64,000 bases of DNA from an uncultured Bdellovibrionales bacterium (GTDB lineage Bacteria > Patescibacteriota > Minisyncoccia > Moranbacterales > UBA1568). The DNA lies in NCBI GenBank assembly GCA_964500505.1, contig CAZCNN010000002.1, positions 4,081 through 68,080 of the forward strand, read 5' to 3'. This document shows positions 18,522 through 28,101 of this stretch, piece after piece. Position 1 is the stretch's first letter; each line of letters opens with the position of its first letter. The position numbers and the translations under genes were made by a program. The notes under the pieces were generated by a model. It had not been told where the DNA came from. It ran no database searches and saw nothing but the letters and a program-made list of their open reading frames with translations.

Positions 18522-19725
18522 TATGGCAACACGAGTCTCTACAAAGGAATGGAGAAAAACAAGATTGGTAGATGCTTGTGATTTGAACATGGGCCAATCT
18601 CCAGATTCAAAAACATACAATAACACTGGCGAGGGACTACCATTTTTTCAAGGGAAAACAGACTTCGGTCGAAGGCATCCGAGTGTTCGAATATATTGCA
18701 GTGACCCGAAAAAAGTCGTTGATGTGGGCGACATCTTAATTTCTGTACGTGCACCTGTAGGGCCAGTAAACATTGCAGATGCAAAAAGTTGTATTGGCAG
18801 AGGTCTTGCCGGGTTAAGGTCCAAGAATGAAGTACTGGATCAAGATTTTCTGTATTTTGAACTTTTGTTGAACGAAAAAAGCATTGCCTCTCTTGGTTCC
18901 GGAAGTACTTTCCATGCAATCAACAAATCACAATTGGCGGATCTCGAGTTTGATCTCCCGTCATTACCAGAACAAAAGGCCATTGCACGAGTGCTGACAA
19001 CTGTGCAGGATGCGATTGCTGAGCAGGAAAATCTCATTGCAAAGCTCAAGGAGTTGAAGCGGAGCATGATGCAGCATCTGTTTACTCACGGCACTCAAGG
19101 CGAAGTGACCAAAATGACTGAGATAGGGGAGATTCCAGAGAGTTGGGCAATCGAGAAGTTGGGCGATATCTGCGAGACAAGTAGCGGTGGTACTCCGAGT
19201 AGGACTAAAAAGGAATACTACTCAGGACATATCCTATGGGTAAAGTCTGGTGAAATGAACGATGGCTATATTTCTGATTCGGAGGAGAAAATAACTAGAG
19301 AGGCAGTAGAAAATTCATCGGCGAAATTGTTTGAGTCGGGTACTTTATTGATAGCAATGTATGGGGCAACCGCTGGAAAAACAGCAATTATTAGCCGGGA
19401 GGCAACGACGAATCAGGCTGTTTGTGGAATTTTTAAGAACAGTAGGGTAGATCTTGAATTTATTCGTTACGCCTTGATTTTGAGAAGAGGGTTTCTATTG
19501 GATCAGCGGCATGGTGGTGCTCAGCCGAACTTGAGCCAGACTAGTATTAGAAATCTCTACATACCATTACCAAAAATTGAGGAGCAGGAAAAAATCTCCA
19601 ACAGTCTCATTGCAATAGAGAAGAAGATCGTGTCGACACGGGTCAAGCTGGCGTCGTATCAAAGCCTTTTTAAAACACTACTTCATGAGTTGATGAGTGG
19701 AGAAGTGAGAATAAAAAATATATGA
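18511..19725 (+). CDS. hsdS: type I restriction-modification system specificity subunit (HsdS)
   Basis: Two target-recognition domains separated by the conserved central helix LPSLPEQKAIARVLTTVQDAIAEQENLIAKLKELKRSMMQHLFTHG, with a similar C-terminal conserved region. Overlaps hsdM by 11 nt. Confidence 0.85.
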   Translation: MDSSMATRVSTKEWRKTRLVDACDLNMGQSPDSKTYNNTGEGLPFFQGKTDFGRRHPSVRIYCSDPKKVVDVGDILISVRAPVGPVNIADAKSCIGRGLAGLRSKNEVLDQDFLYFELLLNEKSIASLGSGSTFHAINKSQLADLEFDLPSLPEQKAIARVLTTVQDAIAEQENLIAKLKELKRSMMQHLFTHGTQGEVTKMTEIGEIPESWAIEKLGDICETSSGGTPSRTKKEYYSGHILWVKSGEMNDGYISDSEEKITREAVENSSAKLFESGTLLIAMYGATAGKTAIISREATTNQAVCGIFKNSRVDLEFIRYALILRRGFLLDQRHGGAQPNLSQTSIRNLYIPLPKIEEQEKISNSLIAIEKKIVSTRVKLASYQSLFKTLLHELMSGEVRIKNI

Positions 19726-22601
19726 TCAATCCATACCTAAAAGGATCAATATGGCGAAAATGGGACCTGCAAACGCAGACCATTTTGGACGATAGCTATA
19801 TCTCTCTTTCCGAATATAGTGCTGAAATAAAGAAGACGAACCTTGCTGAGTGGCAACGGTATGTTGCCAAAGTTGGAGGCGAAGCCAACGCACTGCTCTA
19901 TGACTCAAAAGCATATTTTAATGACACGAGGATCGCAAAGAGTGATAGATGCGTAAATTATGTAAGGAATTACTTCGCTTTTCTCGAAGTGTTCAACCCT
20001 GATTTGGAGTGTGTGGGAATCACAGATCACAATTATTTTGACGACACCTTACTGGATACTTTCATTGAGTATTCACAACAATCAAAGTGTAGAATCATAC
20101 CGGGGGTAGAGATCAACTGTCAGGGTATTCACATGCTTCTGTTCTTTCCAAACAAGTTATATGGAAAGTCGACCTTCTCAGCTGGCATCCATGCATTTTT
20201 AATGAAGTTTAATATTGATAATCGAACGACTGATGCTGGAGTTCTCACTACTACATCACGAGACATCAAAGAGATTCTTGATGAGGTGAAAAAGAATGGT
20301 GGCATCGTTATATACCCTCACTGCAATAGCAGTAATGGACTCTTTCAAGAAAGAACAGCTAGTGATCGTACATATCTTGCGGACATTTTTAACCATCAGA
20401 AGGTGAACCTCCTGCAATCACAACACAACCAGTCGTCTGTGATATTGAGTGATTACATAAAAACAAATGCATCACTGACTGCAAAGTTCTGTTCGCATAT
20501 CAGCTCTGACGCCCGATCTCTGCGGGACTATGGACGCAGTGATCAAGACAATAACTTTTTATGGATTAAAGCGGATCCAACTTTTGAGGGATTGCGACAG
20601 ATTATTTATGAGCCAGAGCAACGCATCTTTGTTGGCCCACAGAAACCGGAAGAAAAGAAGTCATACTTCGTGATCGATAAGGTTCGCTTCATTGATAACT
20701 CTAGTGATGCAAAATTCACTAGTGATCAAATAGAGGTCAATCAGAATCTGACCACAATCATTGGTGGCAAATCGACTGGTAAATCGCTTCTGCTCTACTA
20801 CATGGCAAAAACGATTGATGGTCAGGAGGTCAAAAATAGGACAACTGATGCAGGCGTATCAATCAAGTATGACTTCGATACATCACCAGACTTCAACTTT
20901 GAGGTACTGTGGAAAGATGGTCAAAAGACACTATTGAAAGTGCCAGAAGGAACAAACGAAGAGGGGTCGAAAGAGCGTAAAATACTATACATACCGCAAA
21001 AGTATCTCAATACTCTCTCTGAAGCAAACATAGCAAGCCGTGAAGCTCTCAACGAGTTTGTTTTGGGCGTCATACTACAAGATGCAACTATTAGGGAAAA
21101 ATATGATGAAACTCTTCAAGAAATAAAAACCAAGACTAAGTCTGTGCCGAATGAGATCAATGAGCTTTTTTCTGACTTGGCGGATATCAAGAAAACTGAG
21201 GAGGAGCTGAAGCAGGCTGGTGATGAGAAAGGTATTGAGAGTTACATAGAGACTCTTCAAAAACGGGCAGACGACATCAAGGCGAAGTCTGGATTGACCG
21301 AGGATCAGATTAATCAATTCGAGGAATTGGTAACAAAGGAAAAAGAGATAAGTACACAGATCTCGAATCTTGAAGAAGACAAGAAAACCATAAAGAACCT
21401 CAATGTCAGTCTAGCTTCTCAAGTAGAAGGCCTTCGTACCACGACCGAAGAGTATGAGGCATACCTCAATGACGCTGACATCAAAACGAAATTTAAAACA
21501 GAGCTGAAAATCATTGACTCTTTTGTGCCAAATATTAAAACTGGTACAACAAATCTCATTACGGTTATAGATGCAAGAATTAAAGTTCACAACTTGGAGT
21601 TGGTAACAATCAAGGCAGGACTTGTACCATTACTGGCGAAAGTGCAAATGCAGACAGAGTTACAGGCACAAACAGATGCAATTAAAAAGGAACAGCAGAA
21701 GTTGAACGAGATAGCACTCAAAGCAAACAATCTCAAGACCAAGAAGGCCTCCTACAAAAAGAAGGCGGACGGAGTCATGGATTCATATAGCCAAATCATT
21801 GCGAAGTACGAGGGCTTAAGGAATGAGTTCAAGAAGTTTGAAAGCAAGTTTGGAGACATAACACTTGGAGTCCATGTCAGTTTTAATGACGATGCTTTTA
21901 ATGCAGAAGTGGTCAAGGAATATATCAACAAAAACGACCTAAAACGAGTGATAGTAGAGGCCGAGTGGGGCGATGAGTTTGTGTATCAATACGATCCGGT
22001 TAAACACTCGGCAAATATTACGACCGTATTCGAAGGTCTTATTGGTGGCACGATCAACACAGTCAAGAATCGTCAGCCCAAAGATGCGGTGGCGAAATTA
22101 CTAGAGAATTACTTCTTTCTCGATTTCCATATCTTCTACAAAAACGACTCGCTAGACAAGATGTCGCCCGGCAAAAAAGGATTGGTACTACTTCAGTTGC
22201 TAATAAACTTGAGCGATGAGGAGTGGCCTATTCTACTTGATCAACCAGAGGATGATCTTGATAACCGCTCGGTATACGACGACCTTGTGGACTTCCTAAA
22301 AAAGAAGAAGTTACAGAGGCAAATAATCATTGTTACCCATAATCCAAACCTTGTTGTTGGCGCTGACGCAGAAGAAACTATCGTTGCAAATCAATCAGGA
22401 CAAGAGGTGGGCAGAGAGAATAAGAAGTTTCGTTTTGAATATGTTACCGGAGCTCTAGAGAATACGTTTGAGGTTGATGTGACAGTCGAGCCAGCAATCC
22501 TGTACCGTAAAGGCATTCGCCAGCATGTTTGTGAGATACTCGAGGGTGGTAAAGAAGCGTTTCAAAAGCGTGAGCAAAAGTATAGTTTTCCACAAGAATA
22601 A
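19722..22601 (+). CDS. PHP-family phosphoesterase domain fused to SMC/Rad50/RecN-like ABC ATPase with long coiled coil (putative defence effector embedded in the type I R-M operon)
   Basis: N-terminal ~300 aa carry PHP-like metal-ligand blocks (GITDHNYFDD, PGVEIN, IHMLLF, IVIYPHC). Walker A IIGGKSTGKS at ~aa 345. About 450 aa of K/E-rich heptad-like sequence follow. Then the ABC signature MSPGKKGLVLLQLL, Walker B ILLDQPEDDLD and H-loop IIIVTHNP. Starts with ATGA overlapping the hsdS stop and ends 8 nt before hsdR. Confidence 0.6.
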   Translation: MINPYLKGSIWRKWDLQTQTILDDSYISLSEYSAEIKKTNLAEWQRYVAKVGGEANALLYDSKAYFNDTRIAKSDRCVNYVRNYFAFLEVFNPDLECVGITDHNYFDDTLLDTFIEYSQQSKCRIIPGVEINCQGIHMLLFFPNKLYGKSTFSAGIHAFLMKFNIDNRTTDAGVLTTTSRDIKEILDEVKKNGGIVIYPHCNSSNGLFQERTASDRTYLADIFNHQKVNLLQSQHNQSSVILSDYIKTNASLTAKFCSHISSDARSLRDYGRSDQDNNFLWIKADPTFEGLRQIIYEPEQRIFVGPQKPEEKKSYFVIDKVRFIDNSSDAKFTSDQIEVNQNLTTIIGGKSTGKSLLLYYMAKTIDGQEVKNRTTDAGVSIKYDFDTSPDFNFEVLWKDGQKTLLKVPEGTNEEGSKERKILYIPQKYLNTLSEANIASREALNEFVLGVILQDATIREKYDETLQEIKTKTKSVPNEINELFSDLADIKKTEEELKQAGDEKGIESYIETLQKRADDIKAKSGLTEDQINQFEELVTKEKEISTQISNLEEDKKTIKNLNVSLASQVEGLRTTTEEYEAYLNDADIKTKFKTELKIIDSFVPNIKTGTTNLITVIDARIKVHNLELVTIKAGLVPLLAKVQMQTELQAQTDAIKKEQQKLNEIALKANNLKTKKASYKKKADGVMDSYSQIIAKYEGLRNEFKKFESKFGDITLGVHVSFNDDAFNAEVVKEYINKNDLKRVIVEAEWGDEFVYQYDPVKHSANITTVFEGLIGGTINTVKNRQPKDAVAKLLENYFFLDFHIFYKNDSLDKMSPGKKGLVLLQLLINLSDEEWPILLDQPEDDLDNRSVYDDLVDFLKKKKLQRQIIIVTHNPNLVVGADAEETIVANQSGQEVGRENKKFRFEYVTGALENTFEVDVTVEPAILYRKGIRQHVCEILEGGKEAFQKREQKYSFPQE

Positions 22602-22609
22602 GTAATCCT

Positions 22610-25486
22610 ATGAAACCATCCGAAGCAAAATCAGTACAAGAGCGAATTATTAAGTATGCGGTCGAGTCCGGGTGGGCACTGGTTTCTCGTGCCGAAAGCG
22701 ACGCCCGCCGTGGTGATGAAATGGTATACAATGGCCAGCCCTACTATTCGGATGTGCTGATGCCAAAACTGCGAGAATTCAACCCATGGCTCCCGGCAGA
22801 CTATAGTGTTCCGACACCGGTCTCAAAGATAGAAGGAAATCGGCAGATACTACTCGCTCTCCGCGGACAGAGTACAGCCTATGATGAGGCAGAAAAACGA
22901 GAGCGCAATGTGAAAGTGATCGATTTTAAGCGCCTGGAGCGCAATGTCTATGAAGTAACGAGCGAGTTTGCTTTCTCGAATGGCCGATACAGTAATCGGC
23001 AGGATATCGTTTTCATGATCAATGGAGTGCCGATTATCGATCTGGAATGCAAGAACCTGACCACAGCGGAAGGGATTGATAAGGCACTGGATCAGATACG
23101 AAGGTATCATCGTGAGACGCCAGAGCTCTTGGTCCTTGAGCAGGGCTATGTTGCTAGTGAGGGGATGCGGCTTGAGTATGGCGTGACTTGGAATACGGTG
23201 AGGCGCAATATCTTCAAGTGGAATGGCGATAAGGTAGGGGAGCTCGAGAACAAGATTAAGACTTTTTTCGATATCAAGCACATTCTCAATTTGGTGGAGA
23301 AATATATCATGTTCATCGAGAAGGATGAAGAATTGACCAAGCTCGTCCTACGGGAGCATCAGGCGAATGCGGTGGAGGCGGTGTTGACCCGGGCATTGAA
23401 AGAAGATGCAACGAGAGGATTGGTCTGGCATACACAGGGCTCAGGGAAGACTTTTACCATGATCAAGACAGCCGAGCTCTTGTTCAAGAGTGATGAGGCA
23501 GACAAGCCGACGGTCATCATGATGCTCGATAGGAATGAGCTCGAGGGACAGATGGAGGGGAATTTGATGGCTGCCGGACTCTCGAATGTCCGAAAGGCGC
23601 TGAGTATTACGGACCTGGTAGAAATACTCCGTTCAGACTATCGGGGTATCGTCATTACCATGATCCATAAATTCCGTGGATTGCCGGCCGATTTGAACAC
23701 CCGAAAGAATATCTTTGTCTTGATTGATGAGGCGCATCGTTCAACTGGGAGCGACCTTGGGACATTTGTAATGGCAGCTATGCCGAATGCGACCTTTGTT
23801 GGGTATACCGGAACGCCGATTGATAAAGCGCAGTACGGCAAGGGGACATTCAAGACTTTTGGAGTGGATGATGCCAAAGGGTATCTGCATAAATACAGTA
23901 TTAGTGAGAGTATCGCTGACGGCACAACATTACCGCTCTACTATAGCTTGGCACCCAATGAGATGCTTGTACCCAAAGAAACGCTTGAAAGGGAGTTTCT
24001 AAACCTCGCCGAGGAGCATGGAGTGACGGATATCGAAGAGTTGAATGCAATTCTCGAGCGAGCGGTGAATACCCGGAACTTTCTCAAGGGTGCCGGACGC
24101 ATCGAAAAGGTAGGTAAGTTTATCGCTGAACACTTCAAGGAATATATCGAGCCGATGAACTATAAGGCATTTGTCGTCGCTGTCGATCGTGAAGCGTGTG
24201 CCTTGTACAAAAAGGAACTAGACAAGTATCTGCCGAAGGCATGGAGCGAGGTGGTCTACACGAGCAATAATAACGATACCGAACTCTTGAAGGAGTTTGA
24301 CCATGATGAGGAGATCGAGAAGAAGATCCGGCGAGACTTCGCCCGATTTGGCGGCACGCCAAAAATCCTTATCGTGACTGAAAAGCTCCTGACGGGTTAT
24401 GATGCACCGATCCTGTACTGCATGTATCTGGATAAGCCGATGCGTGACCATGCATTGCTCCAGACTATCGCTCGAGTGAATCGTCCGTATGAGAATGAAG
24501 AGATGAAAATGATGAAGCCTCACGGTTTTGTGCTCGACTTTGTGGGAATATTCGACAAGCTCGAAAAAGCGCTGTCGTTTGATAGTGATGAAGTGAATGC
24601 CATCGTCAAAGACTTGTCGCTTTTGAAAGAGCGGTTTGTGAAGAAACTAACTGAAGAGGCAAAGCCGTATTCGGATCTCCTTGTTGGTCCGTTTGATGAC
24701 CGGCTCGCAGGGGTCTTGATTGAGCATTTCCGGGATGAAGAAGTGAGGAAAGCATTCTTCAAACTCTACAACGAGATTGAGATGTTCTATGAGATCATTT
24801 CTCCGGATGCGTTCTTACGACCCTATGTGGATCAGTACATGACTCTTTCAAGCGCCTATCAAGTGGTACGAAATGCCTATGCCGACCATGTCTCTATCGA
24901 CCGAGAGTTTCAAAAGAAGACAGCGGCACTGGTGCAGGAACATATTCAGAGTAGTCCGATCAAATTGGGTACGGAGATAGTCCGACTTGATGAGAAGGGG
25001 ATCGCACTGATCAAAGAAAAGAATCAGCCGGATGAGGTGAAGATTATCAACCTGATCAAGAGTATTCAGCGATTGGCTGAGGAGAAGTCCAATGACCCAG
25101 TGCTCATTTCGGTCAAAGAGCGGGCTGAGGATATCTTGGATGCGTACTCAAGCCGACAGATGACCACGCAGGAAGCCTTGAAACAGTTGCTTGCTTTGGC
25201 TGAAGGCGAGGCGGAGCGGAGTGCGGAACAGGAGAAAGAGGGTATTTCTTCGGTAGCTTGGTTTATCCGGGATTTACTGGCGGAGAGCAAGATTATCGAT
25301 ATGCAAGTGGTAAAAGAGCTTGAAACGATAATCGGGCAGTATCCAGAGTTTGCCAAGAGCGAGAAGCTGACTCGTGATCTTCGAAATCATATCTATAGAG
25401 GTCTTGGCGCACTTGATCTTACTCCCACGGAGGAGAAAAGAATAACTGATCAGTTGCTCGAGACTCTCGTGCGAACAAGTCTATGA
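22610..25486 (+). CDS. hsdR: type I restriction enzyme endonuclease/helicase subunit (HsdR)
   Basis: SF2 helicase motifs HTQGSGKTFTM (I) and DEAHRS (II). N-terminal nuclease domain and the characteristic ~950-aa length. Confidence 0.9.
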   Translation: MKPSEAKSVQERIIKYAVESGWALVSRAESDARRGDEMVYNGQPYYSDVLMPKLREFNPWLPADYSVPTPVSKIEGNRQILLALRGQSTAYDEAEKRERNVKVIDFKRLERNVYEVTSEFAFSNGRYSNRQDIVFMINGVPIIDLECKNLTTAEGIDKALDQIRRYHRETPELLVLEQGYVASEGMRLEYGVTWNTVRRNIFKWNGDKVGELENKIKTFFDIKHILNLVEKYIMFIEKDEELTKLVLREHQANAVEAVLTRALKEDATRGLVWHTQGSGKTFTMIKTAELLFKSDEADKPTVIMMLDRNELEGQMEGNLMAAGLSNVRKALSITDLVEILRSDYRGIVITMIHKFRGLPADLNTRKNIFVLIDEAHRSTGSDLGTFVMAAMPNATFVGYTGTPIDKAQYGKGTFKTFGVDDAKGYLHKYSISESIADGTTLPLYYSLAPNEMLVPKETLEREFLNLAEEHGVTDIEELNAILERAVNTRNFLKGAGRIEKVGKFIAEHFKEYIEPMNYKAFVVAVDREACALYKKELDKYLPKAWSEVVYTSNNNDTELLKEFDHDEEIEKKIRRDFARFGGTPKILIVTEKLLTGYDAPILYCMYLDKPMRDHALLQTIARVNRPYENEEMKMMKPHGFVLDFVGIFDKLEKALSFDSDEVNAIVKDLSLLKERFVKKLTEEAKPYSDLLVGPFDDRLAGVLIEHFRDEEVRKAFFKLYNEIEMFYEIISPDAFLRPYVDQYMTLSSAYQVVRNAYADHVSIDREFQKKTAALVQEHIQSSPIKLGTEIVRLDEKGIALIKEKNQPDEVKIINLIKSIQRLAEEKSNDPVLISVKERAEDILDAYSSRQMTTQEALKQLLALAEGEAERSAEQEKEGISSVAWFIRDLLAESKIIDMQVVKELETIIGQYPEFAKSEKLTRDLRNHIYRGLGALDLTPTEEKRITDQLLETLVRTSL

Positions 25487-25812
25487 AAAGAAAAACAGTA
25501 AAAACATGGGAGTCGAAGAAGGAATTTAAGGAGGAGGTATATCTGTGCGCCAATAAAATCAAAGTGAAACTGAAGCAGGTGACACTCCGGCTGATGACTC
25601 GAAAGTGGGCGAGCTGTTCGACTAATGGCTATTTTACTTTCAACACCGAACTCTTGGGTATGGATCGTTCGCTGGGTGAGTATGTGATCATGCATGAGCT
25701 CCTTCATTACCATGTCCCGAACCATGGAAAGCTTTGGAAGAGTCTAATGATGGTACATATGCCGGACCATGAGAAGAGGGCACAGAAGCTGAAAGTCATG
25801 CATAGTAGATAG
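25483..25812 (+). CDS. DUF45/YgjP/WLM-type zinc metallohydrolase commonly linked to type I R-M hsdR
   Basis: HELLHYHVPNHGKLW is the HExxH...H motif of the M48/YgjP family. Start overlaps the hsdR stop by 4 nt. Confidence 0.7.
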   Translation: MKRKTVKTWESKKEFKEEVYLCANKIKVKLKQVTLRLMTRKWASCSTNGYFTFNTELLGMDRSLGEYVIMHELLHYHVPNHGKLWKSLMMVHMPDHEKRAQKLKVMHSR

Positions 25813-26165
25813 AATGCTTTATCTAAGCCACAAGACTGGATTTTTCAGTGAAAATTTGATAATATGTAGAGGTGAGAACAATTTGAAAAAGTAGCCTAAA
25901 CCAGTAGCGATACTGGCATGGTGAAAAAGTCCAGTTAGACATAAAGATCCCATCGTATGGGGTGTCTAACTGGCCGTATCGGGAAACTGGTACGAGGAGC
26001 TTCGGCTTCTACCTATGCGGTGGGTTTTTTGCATTTATTTTTACAAAACTATGAAAGAAGATTTTTTTAATCCATTCGCCATGATATTTGGAGGGATACC
26101 GATTTCACTCGGTATATACGGTCTAATGACAAACGGCGAACAATGGTTCTCCTATATTCTGATTT

Positions 26166-26687
26166 TTGGCGGAGCATATTTTTGGTGGTGGTGGGTCAAG
26201 TAATTCGGTAGAGAACATGAGTGAATTTTGCTCAAAATGCGGAGTCGAAACAAGTGATAGTGATGACCTACACTGTCGCAGAGTATTTGTTGATGAAATG
26301 AATAAACTCCTGTCGTTGCAGGACTTTGAAAAAGCGCAGGCCCTCTACCTTTCAGTATCGTTCGATGACGTGTGGAAGGAGCACTTTTTACACAGTAAGG
26401 GAGGCAGTTTAGGTCGACTGATACTAAATGAGGTAAAGAGAACAAAAACTAAACAACGCCATCGAGAACTACTAACTTCTTCAGGTATAGCCTACAAAGG
26501 GGTATCAGCTATTTCAGCGATGAAGAAACATCGTATTACTCATTGTTACGAATGCAAGGAATCTTTAGATAACTCAAGCGATATCGAGTGCAATATCTGT
26601 GGATGGATTATCTGTGATCTTGGTCACTGTGACTGTGTGCGCCGAGAAAATCAGAGACAACTAAGTAGTGTAGATATAAGCATATGA
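26166..26687 (+). CDS. hypothetical Cys-rich protein (multiple CxxC zinc-ribbon-like motifs)
   Basis: CSKCG...HC and CYECKE...CNICGWIICDLGHCDC clusters. No family recognised. Confidence 0.4.
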   Translation: MAEHIFGGGGSSNSVENMSEFCSKCGVETSDSDDLHCRRVFVDEMNKLLSLQDFEKAQALYLSVSFDDVWKEHFLHSKGGSLGRLILNEVKRTKTKQRHRELLTSSGIAYKGVSAISAMKKHRITHCYECKESLDNSSDIECNICGWIICDLGHCDCVRRENQRQLSSVDISI

Positions 26688-27289
26688 AAAACAAACTTCT
26701 CTATATCGCGGTATCAGTCTTTCTCTTCATCGGAGTCTTTTATCTTGTCTGGCAAAGGCTTCACTCCGAACGAGCACCCACAACAGAAGCTGTCGCACCT
26801 ACTGTCCAAGATCAAGTAGTCGAGGCAGTAGCAGAAGAGAATTACCCTGTAGCCGAAGAAATCACTTTTACTGCAGATCAACTGAAATCCTACTATGCCG
26901 TCTACGATGATTCATTTGTTATCCATATTAGGAAAGCCTTGAATGGGTATCTCTCAGGAACGAATGAGGGGATGGAGATACCGGCTGCCGTCATAGAAAA
27001 ACATGATATGACCAGTGGCTCTCTTGGGGGACTGGCAGCGTTTGAGAAAGACTACTATCAGAGCAAGTTCGTCGTGGTAGCCCTAGAAGATGCCCTGATG
27101 GGAGGGAAGACGGCAACCATCATCTTTCAGGATAGGCCGGACCGAGTCTTTACCGCCTGGGTATACAAGCTAGGTGAGGATCAATATGACCTCCGAGGAT
27201 TCTGGGAAGACGGAAAAGCTACTCAGAATATCGACGAAACCCTCAAGACTCTTGGAAAATTCGTTTTTGATAAAGAGCACAGTCTATAA
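26684..27289 (+). CDS. hypothetical membrane-anchored/secreted protein
   Basis: N-terminal TM helix LLYIAVSVFLFIGVFYLVW. Start overlaps the previous stop by 4 nt. Confidence 0.45.
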   Translation: MKNKLLYIAVSVFLFIGVFYLVWQRLHSERAPTTEAVAPTVQDQVVEAVAEENYPVAEEITFTADQLKSYYAVYDDSFVIHIRKALNGYLSGTNEGMEIPAAVIEKHDMTSGSLGGLAAFEKDYYQSKFVVVALEDALMGGKTATIIFQDRPDRVFTAWVYKLGEDQYDLRGFWEDGKATQNIDETLKTLGKFVFDKEHSL

Positions 27290-27311
27290 GTAATTACTCT
27301 AAAGTAACACT

Positions 27312-27485
27312 ATGACATCGAGAGGAATGTTTTTCGCATCAGCCCTTGTCTATTTTGTAGCGACAGCCCTGAGAGAGTACGGTTACGATGTTTTAGCGAG
27401 CGGTCTGAGCGTGAGTGGACTCGTTATGCTGTTGGCTGGGGGTCTTGTGTATTCCAGAGAAAAGCGAGCTGAGAAAAATGTCTAA
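27312..27485 (+). CDS. possible small membrane protein (57 aa, two hydrophobic helices)
   Basis: ATG..TAA ORF below the ORF-track size cut-off (MTSRGMFFASALVYFVATAL...LVMLLAGGLVYSREKRAEKNV). Its last 10 codons lie inside the left direct repeat. Confidence 0.3.
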   Translation: MTSRGMFFASALVYFVATALREYGYDVLASGLSVSGLVMLLAGGLVYSREKRAEKNV

Positions 27486-27499
27486 GGTCTTATGTGGGC
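27456..27499. repeat. left copy of imperfect ~45-bp direct repeat (AGAGAAAAGCGAGCTGA...CTAA..CTTATGTGGG) flanking the AT-rich glycosyltransferase locus
   Basis: Matches 31807-31849 (16/17 identical in the first block, 10/10 in CTTATGTGGG, shared CTAA). Confidence 0.5.
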
Positions 27500-28101
27500 A
27501 GGAACTTTTAGTGAGAACATCCTGTTTCCTCAAGGCTACAACCATCCTATGGCTTCCATGGTCTGGGGGTGGAAAGCGTGACTATGTGACGTGGTTTAGT
27601 GGGAGCCGAACGGATCTTGCCCATAGCCGTGAAACAGCCAACGATCAAATCCGGTGTTTTACTCTATCAAACTGTATACCAGACTAAAAGTAGAGTTGAC
27701 AGGAAGCAGCCAATTCTGTATTATAATTAGGCCTTTTTGATGTATTCTTGGAGGTTTATGATTAAGAAAGATGTAGTTCATTCGGATAACGAGCAGAAAG
27801 GGGAGGATCGTGTAGAGGACAGTGTTCTTGTGGACAGATCGCTTGAGAGGATTCCTCCAGGAAGATCAGTTGAGGAAGGACGCCTGTTCGACTCCTTGGC
27901 TAGGTATCCTCACAAGTGGGATTCAAAATCAGATGTACTGTAGCCAAGAGCGTTTGGTTGTATGGCGAGAGAAATCTCGCCTTTTCTACTCTAAAGAATT
28001 CGGATGAGACACTCACATTTGCTAGAATTCATGAGAATATTATTCATTACTAGCGGCAGAAAAAGCCTTTCAAGGCTTTTTATTGTCTAATATAGGTTTT
28101 T

